Source: a virus
Direction: 5' to 3' (one strand)
Virus record (IMG/VR): IMGVR_UViG_3300037423_000623
Coordinates: 1-39,216 of that record
DNA length: 39,216 nt
Below, one piece after another: positions 31,808 to 39,045 of this stretch. Both the position numbers and the translations under genes were made by a program. Numbering within the stretch: the first letter of the stretch is position 1; each line of letters opens with the position of its first letter. The notes under the pieces are model-generated. The model ran no database searches. It was not told where the DNA came from and saw only the letters and a list, made by a program, of their open reading frames with translations.

Positions 31808-33942
31808 TGCCGACGATCAACATTCAAGGCCGCAAGATCAAGGTCGACGATGGCTTCCTGTCAATGTCGCCGGATCAGCAGAACGCGGCAGTTGACGAAA
31901 TTGCGAAGTCGCTTCCGGCCGCTCCGTCGTCCGCCGGCAGCGCAGCGGCGGCGCGCGCTGAGGCTGGAATCGCCAGGGCGAAAGAGTTGGAAAGCCTCTC
32001 GCCTGAAGCGAAGGCCGCAGCCGCCGGCATCGATCCGGCAACGGGACAGCCTGCCGGCGTTCCTGCCTTCAATCCCGGCGTGAAGGGCTATGACCCGAAG
32101 ACCGGCGAAGTGAACGGCTTCTCCAAAACCGGCTCTGGGCTCATGGGCCTGACCGACATGGCGAGCATGGGTTTTGCCGACGAGGCGGCGGCCGGTCTTG
32201 GATATGTCATCGATCGCGCAACCGGCGGCAACACGCCTTACTCGGAAATTGTCAAGGACATCAGGGGCGATCAGCAAAAAGCCTATGACATGAACCCGAA
32301 ATCCTACATCGGGGGCATGGCGGCCGGCGGCATCGGCAGCGGCGTGGCGCTGGCGAAGAACGGTCTCTCCATGGGCGCGCGGATGGCGGGCAAGGGCCTG
32401 AGTAGGCTTGCGGGCGGTTCGGCACTCGACGGCTCCCTGATGGGCGGAGTCTACGGTCTGGGGAGCGGTACGGACGCGCAAGACCGTCTCTACAAGGGCG
32501 GCGTCGGTTCGCTCGTCGGCGGCCTCACCGGTGGTGCCGTCCCATATGCCATTGCCGGGGCACAGGCGCTCGCCAGTCCGATCGTCTCTTCGATCATGGC
32601 CCGCTTTCAGCCGGCCATGTATGCATCGGCGGCAATCGGCGATGCCCTCGAAAAGGCCGGGACGACGCCGCAAGAGATCGGCAATCGCCTGGCATCAGCT
32701 CAGGCCGACAACCAGCCGATTTACAACGTGGCAGATGCCTTGGGCCTCACGGGCCAGCGCGCGCTCTCCACGGTGGCGCGTAACCCGAACGAAGCACGGC
32801 AGGCCGTCATCGAAGCGCTTAACAACCGTCAGGCCGGTCAAGGTCGACGCATCACCAATGCGTTGACGGAAGCTTTCGACGCGCCCGATACCGCCGCGCA
32901 GCGAACGACGGCCCTCGAAAACGCCCGCGCCACCGAAGCGAACGCGCTCTACGGCCAGGCGCGTCAGCAGGCCGCCCCTGTGGACATCACACCGGCCGTG
33001 CAGGCGATCGACGATGTTCTGCAGCCTGGCGTTCATTCCATCGCCCGGCCAAACAACCAGATTGCGCATGACAGCATCGAGGGTGCGCTGGCGCGTGTCC
33101 GGTCTATGCTGACCGACGGCCGATCGAACCTGACCGACTTCAACGCCGTCTTCCGCGCGAAGCTCGATCTTGATGACATGATCACCAAGGCTGAGGGCCA
33201 AGGCGCCGGCAACCGCGCGCACTACCTGAGCAACGTGCAGCGGATCCTAGATAACACCTTGGCGAACGCCTCTGCGCCATATGCGCGGGCTCGTGACGCC
33301 TTCGCTGCAGCGTCCCGGCGCATCGAGGCGGTGGGCGCCGGCAAGTCGGCAGCCATGCGCGGCCGCGCGCCGGACACGGTGTCCGTTTACAACGCCATGA
33401 CACCTGAAGAACAGGCCGCGTTTCGCGTCGGCTATGCTGACCCGCTCGTTGAACAAACGCAGTCGGCCGCAGTCGGCGTCGACAAGTCCCGTCCGCTCAT
33501 TTCTGACGCTACTGGCATGGAATTTCCGGTGGTGACCGCTCCGGGCCGCGGTGCCCGCCTGTGGAATCAGCTCGGCCGCGAAAAGACCATGTTCGAAACC
33601 CGCAACGCGGCGATCGGCGGCTCAAAGACAGCCGACAACTTGGCTGACGCCGCCGGCATGGCGCAGTTCGATCCGACAGTGCTGGCGCGCCTGTTCCGCG
33701 GCGATTTCGCGGGGGCGGCGCTTGGCGCGCTCGGCCGCACGCTGAACGAGGCTCGAGGATTGCCCCCGAGCGTCCTTTCGCGCGTCGGCAACACGCTGAT
33801 GATCACCGACCCGGCGGCTGCTGTTCAGGCCTTGACGGCCGGCGCGACCCGCAACGCGACGAAGAGCGGCAACCGAGCGGCTTTGGCCTCGATCATCAAT
33901 GCGCTGTCGTCTCGACAGACTTCAGCCCTGACTGGACCCTGA
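31807..33942 (+). CDS. Putative internal virion/ejection protein (711 aa)
   Basis: Large ORF coupled to the previous one (TGATG). Contains Gly-rich hydrophobic segments (IGGMAAGGIGSGVALA; GGVGSLVGGLTGGAVPYAIAGA). Positional analogy to T7 gp15/16. Confidence 0.45.
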   Translation: MPTINIQGRKIKVDDGFLSMSPDQQNAAVDEIAKSLPAAPSSAGSAAAARAEAGIARAKELESLSPEAKAAAAGIDPATGQPAGVPAFNPGVKGYDPKTGEVNGFSKTGSGLMGLTDMASMGFADEAAAGLGYVIDRATGGNTPYSEIVKDIRGDQQKAYDMNPKSYIGGMAAGGIGSGVALAKNGLSMGARMAGKGLSRLAGGSALDGSLMGGVYGLGSGTDAQDRLYKGGVGSLVGGLTGGAVPYAIAGAQALASPIVSSIMARFQPAMYASAAIGDALEKAGTTPQEIGNRLASAQADNQPIYNVADALGLTGQRALSTVARNPNEARQAVIEALNNRQAGQGRRITNALTEAFDAPDTAAQRTTALENARATEANALYGQARQQAAPVDITPAVQAIDDVLQPGVHSIARPNNQIAHDSIEGALARVRSMLTDGRSNLTDFNAVFRAKLDLDDMITKAEGQGAGNRAHYLSNVQRILDNTLANASAPYARARDAFAAASRRIEAVGAGKSAAMRGRAPDTVSVYNAMTPEEQAAFRVGYADPLVEQTQSAAVGVDKSRPLISDATGMEFPVVTAPGRGARLWNQLGREKTMFETRNAAIGGSKTADNLADAAGMAQFDPTVLARLFRGDFAGAALGALGRTLNEARGLPPSVLSRVGNTLMITDPAAAVQALTAGATRNATKSGNRAALASIINALSSRQTSALTGP

Positions 33943-34140
33943 GAACGGCCATTTGTTGCCGGTGATGTCGACCACCCAGCTAATCAGGACGCCTGCGGTG
34001 AAAGCACCTATGCCGACGGCAATCCAATCGGGCTTGAAGAAGTAGAAATACCAAGCCCACTGCAACACCAGCACGCCGAGCAGAGCCCACCAGATGGCGT
34101 TCGTGGGCCGGCGTTCATTGGGGTCGTGCTCAATCTGCAT
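33922..34140 (-). CDS. Small 2-TM membrane protein on the antisense strand (moron candidate, 72 aa)
   Basis: Trimmed to MQIEHDPNERRPTNAIWWALLGVLVLQWAWYFYFFKPDWIAVGIGAFTAGVLISWVVDITGNKW.... Fills an otherwise non-coding 250-bp gap in the late operon. SD spacing is long (GGAGGGG about 13 nt upstream). Confidence 0.5.
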   Translation of the reverse strand: MQIEHDPNERRPTNAIWWALLGVLVLQWAWYFYFFKPDWIAVGIGAFTAGVLISWVVDITGNKWPFSGSSQG

Positions 34141-34196
34141 GGCGCGGAATATGCCCCTCCTACTGAAATTCATCAATAGCGCCGGAGAATTTGCCC

Positions 34197-35069
34197 ATGC
34201 CTCGCGACGGAAGCGGCGTGTATTCGAAGCCTGCTGGCATCGATGCATCGCCAAATACGACCATCGAAAGCGCCGACTGGAACGCGTTCACCGCCGATGT
34301 CGAGCAGGATGCGAACACGCCTCGGCCGGTTGTTGCTGGCGGCTCGGGCTCAAGTACCGCCGTCGGCGGCAACGACAACTTGAACAAGGCCGGCGCAGAT
34401 ATGGCCTCGGCGTCAACGCTCAACCTTGCGACGTCGACCGGCACCCTGATCAACGTCACGGGCACAACGACAATCACTGCGCTCGGCGTGCTGGCGGCAG
34501 GCGCTGAGCGCGTCCTGGTCTTCACTGGCGTCCTGACACTGACCTATAACGCCACGACCCTCATTCTGCCGGGCGCCGCGAACATCATCACCGCGGCCGG
34601 CGACACTGCCCGCTTTCGATCGCTTGGTGGCGGCAGTTGGAAATGCGTCGATTACCAACGGCAATCCGTCGCGCCGTTCTCTCAGGCGACGCTCGATGCC
34701 ATCGCGAACGGCGACGCCGCTTCGCTGAAAAAGGCCGCCGACAACACCGCCGTTTCGGCGGGCTTCACTGCGGCCATTGTCGACGACGGCACCAAGTCGA
34801 CTGGCACCTATACGCCCTCGCCGCTCGGCGGGAACTACCGCAAGATTACCAACAACGGCGCGTTCACGCTCGCAGCGCCGACGGACGCCAATTGCTACAA
34901 CATGACGATCGACATCACCAACGGCGCGTCGGCAGGCGCGATCACGTTCACCGGATTCGTGACCGGCTATCCCCAGGGAGATGTCTTGACCACCGTCAAC
35001 GCGGCGAAGTTCAAGCTGCACATCAGCAAGACCGACATCGGCACCACCGGCTACATCGAGGCGCTTTGA
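34197..35069 (+). CDS. Tail fibre protein
   Basis: The N-terminus, MPRDGSGVYSKPAGIDASPNTTIESADWNAFTADVEQD, is the conserved N-terminal module seen in alphaproteobacterial phage tail fibres. GGAGAA SD 7 nt before ATG 34197 (the track start at 34191 is TTG). Confidence 0.65.
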   Translation: MPRDGSGVYSKPAGIDASPNTTIESADWNAFTADVEQDANTPRPVVAGGSGSSTAVGGNDNLNKAGADMASASTLNLATSTGTLINVTGTTTITALGVLAAGAERVLVFTGVLTLTYNATTLILPGAANIITAAGDTARFRSLGGGSWKCVDYQRQSVAPFSQATLDAIANGDAASLKKAADNTAVSAGFTAAIVDDGTKSTGTYTPSPLGGNYRKITNNGAFTLAAPTDANCYNMTIDITNGASAGAITFTGFVTGYPQGDVLTTVNAAKFKLHISKTDIGTTGYIEAL

Positions 35070-35908
35070 TGTACGCGATGCCCGAATATTTCCCGCGGAT
35101 GGGGCCGGCCGAAGCCCTCATCAAGTCGATCACGCGCAAAGGCCTGACGACGGGGCTCAAGCTCTGTCTCGATGCCGGGGATAGCGGCTCCTACGGCGGC
35201 TCTGGTCAGACGTGGGCCGATCGGAGCGGCGGCGGTGTCGACCACTTCCTGGGTAGGAACAGCGGTGTGGATGCCAATGATCCGACCTTTACCGGCGCCG
35301 CTGGGGATCCGAGCAAGAACACCTATTTCGCGCTCGACGGCGGCGACTATTTCACAGCCAACACCGGGGCCGCTGGCTACGCGGCGGCGCTCGCCGGTTG
35401 GATCAGCAACATTCATCGAGACAGCGCCAAGTTCACGCTGTTCTGCTGGTTCTATCCGAGTGCCAGGCAGCTCTTTTGCCTGCTGGGGACGATCGGCGAT
35501 CAAGCGGCCGGTGATCGAGGATTTCTGTGGTGGTCATCAGGTGCATCGGGAACGTTGAGCTTTGCCCTGAAGCATGGGTTCACCGGAATCAGCAGCACCG
35601 GCGTTTACAACGCCAATGCATGGAACTGCGCGGCGCTCAGCGTGGATGAAAGCTTGGGCTCGAACAACGCCTTGTTCTTCATGAACGGCACATTCGATGC
35701 GCTCGGCTCGGTCACCTATTCGGGGCCAGATAGCGGCAACGCGACCAATATTCTGCAAGTGGGTGCGACGGGCGGCACCGGGCAATCGGACGTGCGCGCG
35801 TTGCCGAACGGCTCGCGCTTCTCATGTGTTTCGGTGTGGGAAGGCGTTGCGCTCACGCAAGCGCAAATATGGACGCTCTACAAGGCCACAAAGACCAGGT
35901 TTAAGTAG
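35069..35908 (+). CDS. LamG (concanavalin A-like lectin/glucanase) domain protein, probable fibre-associated receptor-binding protein
   Basis: LKLCLDAGDSGSYGGSGQTWADRSGGG...TYFALDGGDYF...FTLFCWFYP...NAWNCAALSVD...ALFFMNGTF...RFSCVSVWEGVALTQAQI fits the Laminin_G_3 pattern. The start shares a base with the fibre stop. The track ORF 34637..35908 is N-terminally over-extended. Confidence 0.6.
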   Translation: MYAMPEYFPRMGPAEALIKSITRKGLTTGLKLCLDAGDSGSYGGSGQTWADRSGGGVDHFLGRNSGVDANDPTFTGAAGDPSKNTYFALDGGDYFTANTGAAGYAAALAGWISNIHRDSAKFTLFCWFYPSARQLFCLLGTIGDQAAGDRGFLWWSSGASGTLSFALKHGFTGISSTGVYNANAWNCAALSVDESLGSNNALFFMNGTFDALGSVTYSGPDSGNATNILQVGATGGTGQSDVRALPNGSRFSCVSVWEGVALTQAQIWTLYKATKTRFK

Positions 35909-35911
35909 GAG

Positions 35912-36028
35912 TTAGCTCTTCGACAGAAAGCGCTCATCGTCCCGCCTGTCCAAGCGCGCAGCGTGCGCATCAAGCAGGACGGCGGCAATCGAGAAGCCGG
36001 CACATATGATCCAAAGCCAGGACAGCAT
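35912..36028 (-). CDS. Possible 38-aa single-TM peptide downstream of the deacetylase gene (not in the ORF track)
   Basis: Manual translation: MLSWLWIICAGFSIAAVLLDAHAARLDRRDDERFLSKS. Starts 14 nt after the deacetylase stop. Weak SD. Confidence 0.25.
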   Translation of the reverse strand: MLSWLWIICAGFSIAAVLLDAHAARLDRRDDERFLSKS

Positions 36029-36042
36029 CAAATGTCTCGGTG

Positions 36043-36744
36043 TTAAGAAGCCCGCGGCGTAAGATGCACGACTGTGTAGCCGTGGGCTTTCAGGTCGGCA
36101 AGAAAACCAGGCAGCATCTCAGCCGTGCGAGTGTGAATGTCGTGCAGAAGGACGATGCCTGAACCGCGTAGGCGTACCCGCTTCAGAGCTTGCTTGCGTA
36201 GGTCTTGCGGGCTCATGTCCTTGTCATCGCCTCCGTTTATGTCAGCGTCAAGCGCAATGATCTTCCGCCTAGCTAGATCAGCATCGAGCGCGCTGGTGCT
36301 GCTCATGTACGGAAAGCGAAAAAAAGGTGACTGCTGGTATGGCGCTATCGCCGCGCCGACACTTTGCCGTCCAGCATCGATTTCGGCCTTTGCCGTCTGA
36401 AAGTCGGCCGAACTCAGATCCCTATGCGTTTGAGTGTGGCTGCCGGCGTTATGGCCTTTCTCTGCGACCGCCTTGGCCAGGTCGGGGTTCGCGCTTGCCT
36501 GCGTGCCGACCATCAAGAACGTTGCCTTAACGCCCGCGCCATCCAGCGCCGTGACGATATCCTCGGTGAGACTCGCCGCCGGCCCATCGTCGAAAGTGAG
36601 CACAAGTTCCCGGTGTTTTAGCCGGATATCGTTGCGTTCGCCGACGGTGATTGTTCGCCCGGACAGGCGCTCCGACGGCTTTGGCGGGATCACCAAATCC
36701 AAGAGCACCCAGAACCATCTGCTTACGAACGAGAGCATCGACAA
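36043..36744 (-). CDS. CE4 polysaccharide deacetylase (NodB homology domain) with N-terminal signal anchor
   Basis: Motifs LTFDDGP, GSHTQTH (H-x-x-x-H), FRFPYM (R-x-P-Y) and IVLLHDI. The N-terminus MSMLSFVSRWFWVLLDLVI is hydrophobic. Confidence 0.9.
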   Translation of the reverse strand: MSMLSFVSRWFWVLLDLVIPPKPSERLSGRTITVGERNDIRLKHRELVLTFDDGPAASLTEDIVTALDGAGVKATFLMVGTQASANPDLAKAVAEKGHNAGSHTQTHRDLSSADFQTAKAEIDAGRQSVGAAIAPYQQSPFFRFPYMSSTSALDADLARRKIIALDADINGGDDKDMSPQDLRKQALKRVRLRGSGIVLLHDIHTRTAEMLPGFLADLKAHGYTVVHLTPRAS

Positions 36745-36833
36745 AGCCTCGGATCAAAACGACGCCAGAGATTTACCACCCCGTCGCCCGCAAGGGAATC
36801 TTGCCGGGGATTTTCACTCCTTAAGAGGCCACA

Positions 36834-37685
36834 ATGACCGCATCCCGTGAAAAGGAGGCGCTCTCGCGCGTGCTTGCGCACGAGGGCGGCTACAGCAACC
36901 ATCCCGCCGATCCTGGCGGCCCCACCATGAAAGGCGTCACCCAGCGGGTCTACGACGCCTATCGCCGAGGCAAGGGGCAGGCGACCCGCCCGGTGAAGGG
37001 CATCAGCACCAACGAACTGAACGAGATCTATGACCGGCAGTATTGGGACGCCGTCAAGGGCGACCAGCTTCCGGCCGGCGTCGACTACGTGCTTTTCGAC
37101 GGCGCGGTCAATTCCGGTCCGGGGCGTTCGATCATGTGGCTGCAGCAGGCATTACGGCCTGCCTATACCGGCCGCATTGACGGCGTGCTGGGCATTGGGA
37201 CGCTCGCCGCCCTGAAGGCAGACACGAACAACGACGCGCTGATCGACCGCATCTGCAACGCGCGCATGGCCTACCTTCGCCACCTCGCCACATTCTCGAC
37301 CTTCGGCCGCGGCTGGACGGCGCGCGTCGCGGAGGTCCGCTCGATCGGGCAGGCATGGGCGACTGGACAGGTGCCGCAGGCGGCCAGCTTCTATGATGGC
37401 GGCCAGGCAAAGGCCTTCGTCGAGGATGCGAACACGGCACCGTCGACCGCGCCTGCCGATGCGGCAACTGGCGCTGGCGCTGGCGGGCTTGGTATCTCCG
37501 GCTACCTCTACGACCTGCAGAACCAGCTTTCACCCTTCTCCTACACCAGCGAGTGGATCGGCAAGGTGGTGGTGGTGCTGGCGCTGGTGAGCGCGGCCGT
37601 GGCGATCGGCGGCTTGGGATACCGCTTCTACGCCAACAGGAAGGCGAAGCGGCTCGCTGCCGCTCTCGGACAGGTGACAGCATGA
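36834..37685 (+). CDS. Endolysin: GH108 muramidase + PG_binding_3, with C-terminal transmembrane segment
   Basis: VLAHEGGYSNHPADPGGPTMKGVTQRVYD is the GH108 signature. DGVLGIGTLAAL is peptidoglycan-binding-like. The C-terminal WIGKVVVVLALVSAAVAIGGLGYRFY is a TM helix. Confidence 0.9.
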   Translation: MTASREKEALSRVLAHEGGYSNHPADPGGPTMKGVTQRVYDAYRRGKGQATRPVKGISTNELNEIYDRQYWDAVKGDQLPAGVDYVLFDGAVNSGPGRSIMWLQQALRPAYTGRIDGVLGIGTLAALKADTNNDALIDRICNARMAYLRHLATFSTFGRGWTARVAEVRSIGQAWATGQVPQAASFYDGGQAKAFVEDANTAPSTAPADAATGAGAGGLGISGYLYDLQNQLSPFSYTSEWIGKVVVVLALVSAAVAIGGLGYRFYANRKAKRLAAALGQVTA

Positions 37686-38026
37686 GCAAAACGATCACAG
37701 CCTGCACCACGCTGGCTCCGCTCTTCCCAGGATACATCAACGCCAGTCGTAATGAGGACGGCTCTGTCATCGTCACGGTGCGTGGTGACCCGAAGTCGGT
37801 CGATGGCGCTTACATCTGCGGTCACGCGCACGATAGAGGCAGGCCGGGCCGGTGCACCCCAGGCGACCAATCCTGCAACAACTACTGCAACCTAGCTCCT
37901 GAGAAGGGGAAAATGCAGGACGCGCCTGCACGGTGTAAGCAGACTTTCTGTGGGGAGACCGTCACGCTCCGGCTTTCAGCCGACGAATGGGCCAATGTCG
38001 CGAGCGAAATCGCGGGGGACAATTGA
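37682..38026 (+). CDS. Cys-rich hypothetical protein inside the lysis cassette (114 aa)
   Basis: ATGA overlap with the endolysin stop. Cysteine-rich, no TM segment. The track ORF 37553..38026 is N-terminally over-extended. Confidence 0.5.
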   Translation: MSKTITACTTLAPLFPGYINASRNEDGSVIVTVRGDPKSVDGAYICGHAHDRGRPGRCTPGDQSCNNYCNLAPEKGKMQDAPARCKQTFCGETVTLRLSADEWANVASEIAGDN

Positions 38027-38028
38027 TC

Positions 38029-38139
38029 ATGGAAAACCTCGCTTCCATCGTCGCCCCGATCATCGATCGAGGCTTGCGCATCGTGGGCGCCGTGAGCCTC
38101 GCCATCATCGCCGGCTTTCTCGTGTGGTGGCTTCTATGA
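38029..38139 (+). CDS. Possible 36-aa single-TM peptide (not in the ORF track)
   Basis: Manual translation: MENLASIVAPIIDRGLRIVGAVSLAIIAGFLVWWLL. Starts 2 nt after the previous stop and ends in an ATGA overlap with the next gene. Confidence 0.4.
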   Translation: MENLASIVAPIIDRGLRIVGAVSLAIIAGFLVWWLL

Positions 38140-38429
38140 GCTTCCTCATCACGCTCATCGTCGGCCGGCTTGGCGTGTCCCGCATGGTCGCCGGCATCGC
38201 GGCGTGGGCTGCCATCGCCCTGATCGCCTCGGGCGCGGCGCTCGGCGTCTACGAGCTCATCAAGCACAAGGGCGCCGACGAGCTGCGCGCCAAGATCGAA
38301 AAGGAGAACCAGGATGCGGTTCACAAGGGCATTGATGCTCGCATGTCTGTTGACGACTGCATTGACGCAGGCGGCGTGTTCGACTTCCGGCGTCAGCGGT
38401 GTGACAGCCCTACGCTCGGCCCTCGGTAA
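38136..38429 (+). CDS. i-spanin-like protein (N-terminal TM, periplasmic helical domain)
   Basis: MSFLITLIVGRLGVSRMVAGIAAWAAIALIASGAALGVY followed by the charged helix ELRAKIEKENQDAVHKG. Contains the start of an out-of-frame lipoprotein gene. Confidence 0.6.
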   Translation: MSFLITLIVGRLGVSRMVAGIAAWAAIALIASGAALGVYELIKHKGADELRAKIEKENQDAVHKGIDARMSVDDCIDAGGVFDFRRQRCDSPTLGPR

Positions 38430-38583
38430 CAGCCTGGCTGGCGCGCAGGGCAAGACGCTGGCCGATCAGAACAAGATCGACAAGACCATGGCGCCTGGCT
38501 GCGCCATCGGCCTCTACACCGCCTCGGAGTGCGATCGACATACCAAGGCGAGCGCGGATCGTCGCGGCGAACTGAAATCCTAG
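38314..38583 (+). CDS. o-spanin-like lipoprotein, overlapped with the i-spanin gene
   Basis: MRFTRALMLACLLTTALTQAAC is a signal peptide with a lipobox-like AAC. AAGGAG lies 7 nt upstream. Starts inside 38136..38429 in another frame (Rz/Rz1-type architecture). Confidence 0.6.
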   Translation: MRFTRALMLACLLTTALTQAACSTSGVSGVTALRSALGNSLAGAQGKTLADQNKIDKTMAPGCAIGLYTASECDRHTKASADRRGELKS

Positions 38584-38612
38584 GCAGTGCATTTAAAGGG
38601 CGGGCGGACAGG

Positions 38613-38969
38613 ATGGATGACATGAACATACCTTCCGAAAAGAAGGTTGAAGCCGTCGCCGACAACGCATGGCTGAAACTTGTTGGCCGCGGCACAATGG
38701 CCGCCATCGGCATTCTGTTGCTGCCTGTGCTTACCACGGCGATATCGTGGGCGACCGCCACCAGCGAGGATGTCAACACGCTCAAGGAACGGGTGACCGT
38801 GCTGGAGAGCATCAGCAAGAACGGCCGGGAAGACCGGCAGAAGTTCCAGGACCAGACGACACAGCTTCTGGGCCAGATACTCTCCAAGCAGACCGACATG
38901 CAAGCGCAGATCGCCAGCATGGCCGCCAAGCTCGAGGCTCAGCAACGAGAACTCGACAAGCGCCCCTGA
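38613..38969 (+). CDS. Single-TM coiled-coil protein (118 aa), last gene of the late operon
   Basis: Trimmed to MDDMNIPSEKK.... TM segment MAAIGILLLPVLTTAISWA, then a heptad-like helix to the C-terminus. Confidence 0.5.
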   Translation: MDDMNIPSEKKVEAVADNAWLKLVGRGTMAAIGILLLPVLTTAISWATATSEDVNTLKERVTVLESISKNGREDRQKFQDQTTQLLGQILSKQTDMQAQIASMAAKLEAQQRELDKRP

Positions 38970-38997
38970 TCCCAAGCGCTGACCCCCGCGCTATCGA

Positions 38998-39027
38998 CCC
39001 GCTGGCTCCGGCCGGCGGGCTTTTTTA
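38998..39027 (+). terminator. Rho-independent terminator after the lysis genes
   Basis: CCCGCTGGC-tccg-GCCGGCGGG (9 bp including one G-U pair), then C and TTTTTTATT. Confidence 0.8.
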
Positions 39028-39045
39028 TTGCCCGAAGCCAAGCGC

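Noticed and set aside
29618-33942. Interpreting the 729-aa and 711-aa proteins as tape-measure proteins of a siphovirus.
   Set aside because: I recognised no major tail, tail-tube or chaperone-frameshift genes. The gene order matches the podovirus pattern of adaptor, nozzle, internal proteins and fibre. This remains a positional inference.
16825-35908. Diversity-generating retroelement targeting the LamG/lectin-type receptor-binding genes.
   Set aside because: No reverse-transcriptase-like ORF exists anywhere in the six-frame track, and I noticed no template/variable repeat pair.
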